A stretch of DNA of 64,000 bases, taken from the NCBI RefSeq assembly GCF_009914755.1, contig NC_060932.1. One strand, written 5' to 3'. This stretch comes from the human T2T-CHM13v2.0 reference genome, Homo sapiens. The notes below the pieces were generated by a model that saw only the letters and a program-made list of their open reading frames with translations, was not told where the DNA came from and ran no database searches. The translations under genes and the position numbers were made by a program. Positions 58,271 to 64,000 of this stretch are shown one piece after another (the stretch's first letter is position 1; every line of letters starts with the position of its first letter).

Positions 58271-59428
58271 TAAAGACATTTTATATTTGCCCATACAACT
58301 GAGAAGTCATCAGGGAGTACAATGGCTCTCAGAGACCTAGTTAAAGCTTGATTTCCACCCTGCAGTCAGAATTTGTGGAACTATTATACAAAACCATCCC
58401 CAGAGTTTCTGCTCATTCCCAAGGGCTCAAGCACTCCTGAGCACCTACATTTACAGGTGATGTTTTAGAGTTTTATCACCCCAGGTAAAAATGCTCCATC
58501 CTTTTACCTGTTTCCATAAAAATAAGCCCACTCACACAAAGCAATGTGTAAGTTTTCATTGGAGTTACTGAAGATAAGGAGAGTTATACGGAGGACTTAC
58601 ATTGCTATGCTCTTCAATTTCCATCACTTTCCTTGGCTTCCACTCCTCCAACTCCTCCATGCCCTCCTCTGCCAAGTGTTCTCATTTTGTTCTCATTCTT
58701 GGTCCTCACCCCTTTGTCTTGGTGTCTGGGTGCCCTTTGATAACCAGGCCAAACCAGGAATCAACTCCTACCTTAAGGACCAACAAATACAGATATATGT
58801 GTGCCGGCTGTTGCAGTAATAATTCATTCCCAACAAATTACTTAAATATGTAAAAAGGAAAGGCAGCATAGGAATATATCAAAATATTGATAGCAATTAA
58901 TTATTGGTGGTGAGTTTAAAAGTGATTTAAATTTTATTATTTATTCTGTAATTTCAAAAATGAACAAGTGTTACTTTTTCATTACAAGGAAAACAAGTTT
59001 TTGAAAATTGAATTGTTTGTGTAATGTACTGGTAAACTGTCCAAAAATAGAAACTATATCATAATTTGGGGGACTATTTTAGAGGTAATGGTATAGGATA
59101 GCTCTTCTAACTACAGAATTTTATGATTCAAGGGTTTTGTTAAGGTAAAATGACATAATGAAAATGACAGTACTTTGAAAGGTACAGATCTCCATAAAAG
59201 TATGCTATTATTTTGAGGCTTTGTAGTGCAGTGAGTGATAAGTACAATTGTTGGTACTGAATAGAACATAAACTTCTAGAACAGGATGGAACAGACGTTT
59301 AATGGTAGACATATGATAAAATGCACAGTGGCTCAAATTTCTGAACTCATCACAAACTCATGTTTGATAAAGACATCTTACATCTTATCTCTTCTCCATT
59401 ATTTTCCTTTCCTTCCCTGCTTTCCTGA

Positions 59429-59745
<317 letters not shown>

Positions 59746-60081
59746 TGATTCTCTCTCTCTATTTAATCCTTGGACCATGGGAAGAAAAGTCGGGGTAATT
59801 GCAGCTTCATTTCATCACCATAAACTTAAGAATTTAAATAAGTATTGTCATATAATGTTTTGTTTACACCTATAGCAACAGAAATATTAAATCCTATTGT
59901 GACTTCTGGAGTTTCTAACCAAATCTTTTAATTGTGCATACAGTCAATATAAAGCAAACCAATTCATGAATAAAAATTAAGAAAAGCAGAGTTTATAGGT
60001 AGAAAGACGAGTACATATTTGGTGTTAGAGAAGTAGTCAGCTGTTTTTCGATTTGCCCAAAAAAGATTAAAATAAAACAAA

Positions 60082-60112
<31 letters not shown>

Positions 60113-61444
60113 GCTCATTGGACCTGAATGCATTAGGAAACCTTTTCAATTATAATGAAATCTTGTTTTTATTTTGGTTTTGCTTTGTTTTGTTTTCTAC
60201 GGTTGTCTGAAAAAATTTAAATGGGTGTTTGGATGTAAGAAAGATCAAAGAAAAAAAGCCTTTAAAAATATGAGGTCCCTGTCATCATTTTCAAGGAGTG
60301 TCATCCATGAATATAAAACATACTTCCAGCTCCTTGAAACCTTAGCATTAAGATTATTGCACATTTTATTGGCCTTTCCTAGGCTCTGAAACTAGAAATT
60401 CATCTGCTTCTAACCTTTCCACCCAAGTCGACTTCATACATAAGTAAAGAGCAAGTTGAAATTACAGGGAGCTGTAAAGAAATGGAAGTTCCCCGCTTTC
60501 TTCTTTCAAAACCAATATTAAAATATATGAGGTGCAACTGTCAAACTAAAAAATTGCCAGATGATTCATAAGAAATGAGTGGCCAGCAGGCTAGCCTGAC
60601 TGCTCCCTTGCATTACCAATTTTTGACGGGTCTTTGGGAAGGAAGATAGTTATTTCCTGTTAAGTCAGAGAGCAATGAAGCTGTGGGCTGCTGGGCAAAG
60701 GGGAGGGAGAATGACCAGCTGCTGAACAGAAGCAGAAGATAATGCCACTCAATGCGGCAGGTTCAGATGTTACTTTTTTTAAGTAAACAGCTTGTAAATG
60801 AAATTCCAAAGGACTCTATTTCCCCTCCTCCAGTTCTTATCTCTCACACCAAACCCCATTTTATCATCTCCCCAAGGAGAAACAGGCTTACCTGTGAGGC
60901 ATCCTTTTAACTTGTCAGGGACTTAACTCTAGCTGAGGCAGCCAGAAATTACAGCTAAATGGATTTACACATTGGAGGGTGAGAATCTGCTTCTGTTCAC
61001 TGAGCCACACCATTGATGCCTAATTTGTTGCTTACATGTCACAGCAGCAGCAATGCTTGTAACCAGCTTGCGCAAGAGGCAGGGGTTCAGAGCAAGCATG
61101 TGATCCTGTCCCATCTGATTTGGCCATCAGGGACAGCTTATCCCTGCGAGGTTCTGGACCAGCATCTTCCTGACTTACACAATAGAGTTGTAGTATGTGG
61201 AAAACTTGGAAAGAAAGCAAAGGGGACGTGAACTTCTGTTCCTATTCTTCAGAAAGCCCAACACCACTACTATGAGCATCATAATGAATAAGTTTTGAGG
61301 CTTTCATTGCAGACTGCCTTATATTGGGCAGTGTTCATTGACTTTGTTCATTCATCAAACATTTAATGAGTTTTTGTTTTACGAAGTTCTAGCTACTGCC
61401 TTATAAGGCCTTGATTCTTTTGAATATGTAAACTGAACATATTT

Positions 61445-61542
61445 ATATTAATATATGCATATTTGCGTGTGTGCTTGTGTGTATAAATATATATGTATAT
61501 ACACATATAAATATTACACTTATAAATATATGTATATATATT

Positions 61543-61580
<38 letters not shown>
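61445..61580. repeat. (TA)n/(CA)n compound microsatellite
   Basis: Directly visible, with a pure CA run at ~61545-61574. Confidence 0.92.
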
Positions 61581-62336
61581 GGATCCCTGAGTAAGGGGAC
61601 AGGGGTTATTCTGCTGGAATTGGATATTGTCAGGGTGAATTGCTGGAAGTTTCCATTCCATGAGAACCAAATAAATATAATGGGAAAAGTAGTGTTAAGG
61701 TATATTGTAGTAAATGAACAATGACAGAACTGGAATGGAAAAAGAAGGGACACAGTTTGTAATAGTCCTCTAAACACTAGGGAAGTATATCCTCAACTGA
61801 TATATTTCATTTAAAATGAAAACAAAGTTGGTGTGCATCTTGTTATAAAGACATTCATTGAATATCAGTACAGGGAGTGGTTTGAGAGAAATATTGTATG
61901 GTACTAATCAGAACATTTTGTGACCTGCTCCTTAAGAGAAGACAGACGCAACTGCTGTCTAAATAGACTGAAAAACAGCAGTGCTAAATAACAGAGTGGT
62001 AATACCATGAGTGATTTTTTAAAAAGGAAGCACAACAACTAGTCACTGTTTGGGGCTTAATCAATAATACTAATACTGAGAGGCTAAAACCCTTCTCCAT
62101 TACAGCATGATGATTGTTGAAGTGAGACATGGGACATAGAACAGCATGGGACATACCCCATGGAATAACACCAACAAACTTCAAAGTCAGCTTTGGGTTC
62201 AGCTGACAGTAACAGACCCGACAGCAGGTAGCAGGAGTAAAATTATAGAGTTTAGCAGAATGGAAACCACTGAGCACAGAAGGCTACAGAAGAGAAGGTA
62301 ACTGACCACAGCAACTTAACTCTCTTGCTGGAAAGG

Positions 62337-62497
62337 AGAGGTTCTCAACCCTGACTACACTGATTATCACCTAGAGAGCATCTTAAAACCATCCCTACCC
62401 TGAAGAACCCAAATTCAATCGGCCTGGCATGAATTCTTGGCATAGGTGATTAGAATCCTCTTGGATTCTAATGTGAAGCTAGAGCTGAGAACAACTG
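62337..62497. mobile_element. MER5A hAT-Charlie MITE
   Basis: ggttctcaaccctgactacac...tcacctagagagc ... gattctaatgtgaagctagagctgagaacaactg. Confidence 0.8.
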
Positions 62498-63347
62498 CGC
62501 TAAAGAAAATGAAGGATTGGATAGGCTGGTTCAAGCAGTTAAGCCAGCGGGAACTGGAGCTATAGATTAAGGCTGTGTTGACCCACACTCACCCTCCTGA
62601 AGGACTCCTTCTCATTGCTGTGGCTTGAGAATGTAATTTACATATAAAAGATGAAATGATACACATAATTTATCTCTAGCCAGCGTATAGGTTAAAATCA
62701 AATCATGCTTTGTCCTATACTCTAAAAGAAATCTTAGGGCACATTTTTTAAAAATAAAAATGACATTGATACATTCTGAGTAAATTGATCAAGAAATTGT
62801 CTATTTCTTTCCAATGAAGCTAAAACAATTTTATTGTCAAGAAGGATTTCAAGAGAGTATTTAAAGGCAAGTGGGAGTCTGTTAGTAGAAAAAGAGAGAA
62901 CATTCCAGACACAGGGCACAGAGGTCTGACAAAGAGGATTTGAATTATTAAAGGAAATGTTGAATAGTGTGTTTTTAATTTCTTCTTTTTTTTGAAATAT
63001 GTTCTTCCAGAGTGGTTCTTTTTAATATTTATTTAGAACCTGTGTATCTCTTAAGGAAATGCCTTACCTATAAGATGAAACAGTAAAGCCATGAGCAAGT
63101 ACAGTAAGTCATAAAACCCCTCCCCATGTTTGAATTGATAATGTGTCTTCCTTCTTGCATCAGTTTATTTTTATCATTATCAAGAACGGAAAATTATTAA
63201 GTATCCCTTGCACACACAGGATTATCCTAAGTATAGTCAAAATCTTTAGTTTCTTTTCTGTCATTTTGCCTTTAAAGATATTTAAAAATAACTTATAAAA
63301 TAAGATTATAAATTCCTGCACTATCAAGCTGAGGATGAACAATGTTA

Positions 63348-63689
<342 letters not shown>

Positions 63690-63869
63690 TTACCATAAAT
63701 CTATGTGAGGTGTACATGAATTTTAGTGTTATTATTTTGAAAGTAGAAAAACTAAAGAGAAGAAAATCTGAGTGACACTCCTAAAGATGCACACTGGATC
63801 AAGAATAAGATATATGCAGGTCACTTGATGACTAATAGATCACAAGAAAATCCATAAGTCGGCCACACA

Positions 63870-64000
63870 GAGCTATGATCTATCTCCCAATTTGCTGCTT
63901 ACTAGTCATATGATTTGGCCATGTTGTTCAATGTCAGGATCCCCCTCTATAACGTGGAGACAGTACCTGTTTTATAGTACTGTTGTGAAGTTTCATGAGA
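63870..64000 (+). mobile_element. MIR fragment
   Basis: tttgctgcttactagtcatatgatttggcc...cagtacctg...gttgtgaag. Confidence 0.55.

Overview
Hominoid (human or great-ape-like) non-coding DNA, dominated by transposable elements. The SVA, AluY and primate ERV LTRs indicate the lineage. I found no intact cellular gene, RNA gene or CRISPR array, and the listed ORFs that I could place fall in repeats or are chance frames. The first ~34 kb is an ERV hotspot. It holds many solo LTRs and a 9.8-kb two-LTR provirus (LTR9B/HUERS-P3-like, tRNA-Pro PBS, decayed gag, no pol or env recognised) that carries an SVA and an AluSp. The rest is older L2/MIR/L1M/DNA-transposon sequence with Alus and GGAA microsatellites. 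I see no new biological system. The best-supported unexpected results are structural: (1) a ~2.5-kb inversion (~23699-26176) that splits two LTRs reciprocally, supported by an inverted target-site duplication and a duplicated junction, and (2) a 5'-truncated SVA with a short 3' transduction. Repeat subfamily names come from my recall of consensus sequences, not from a database search.
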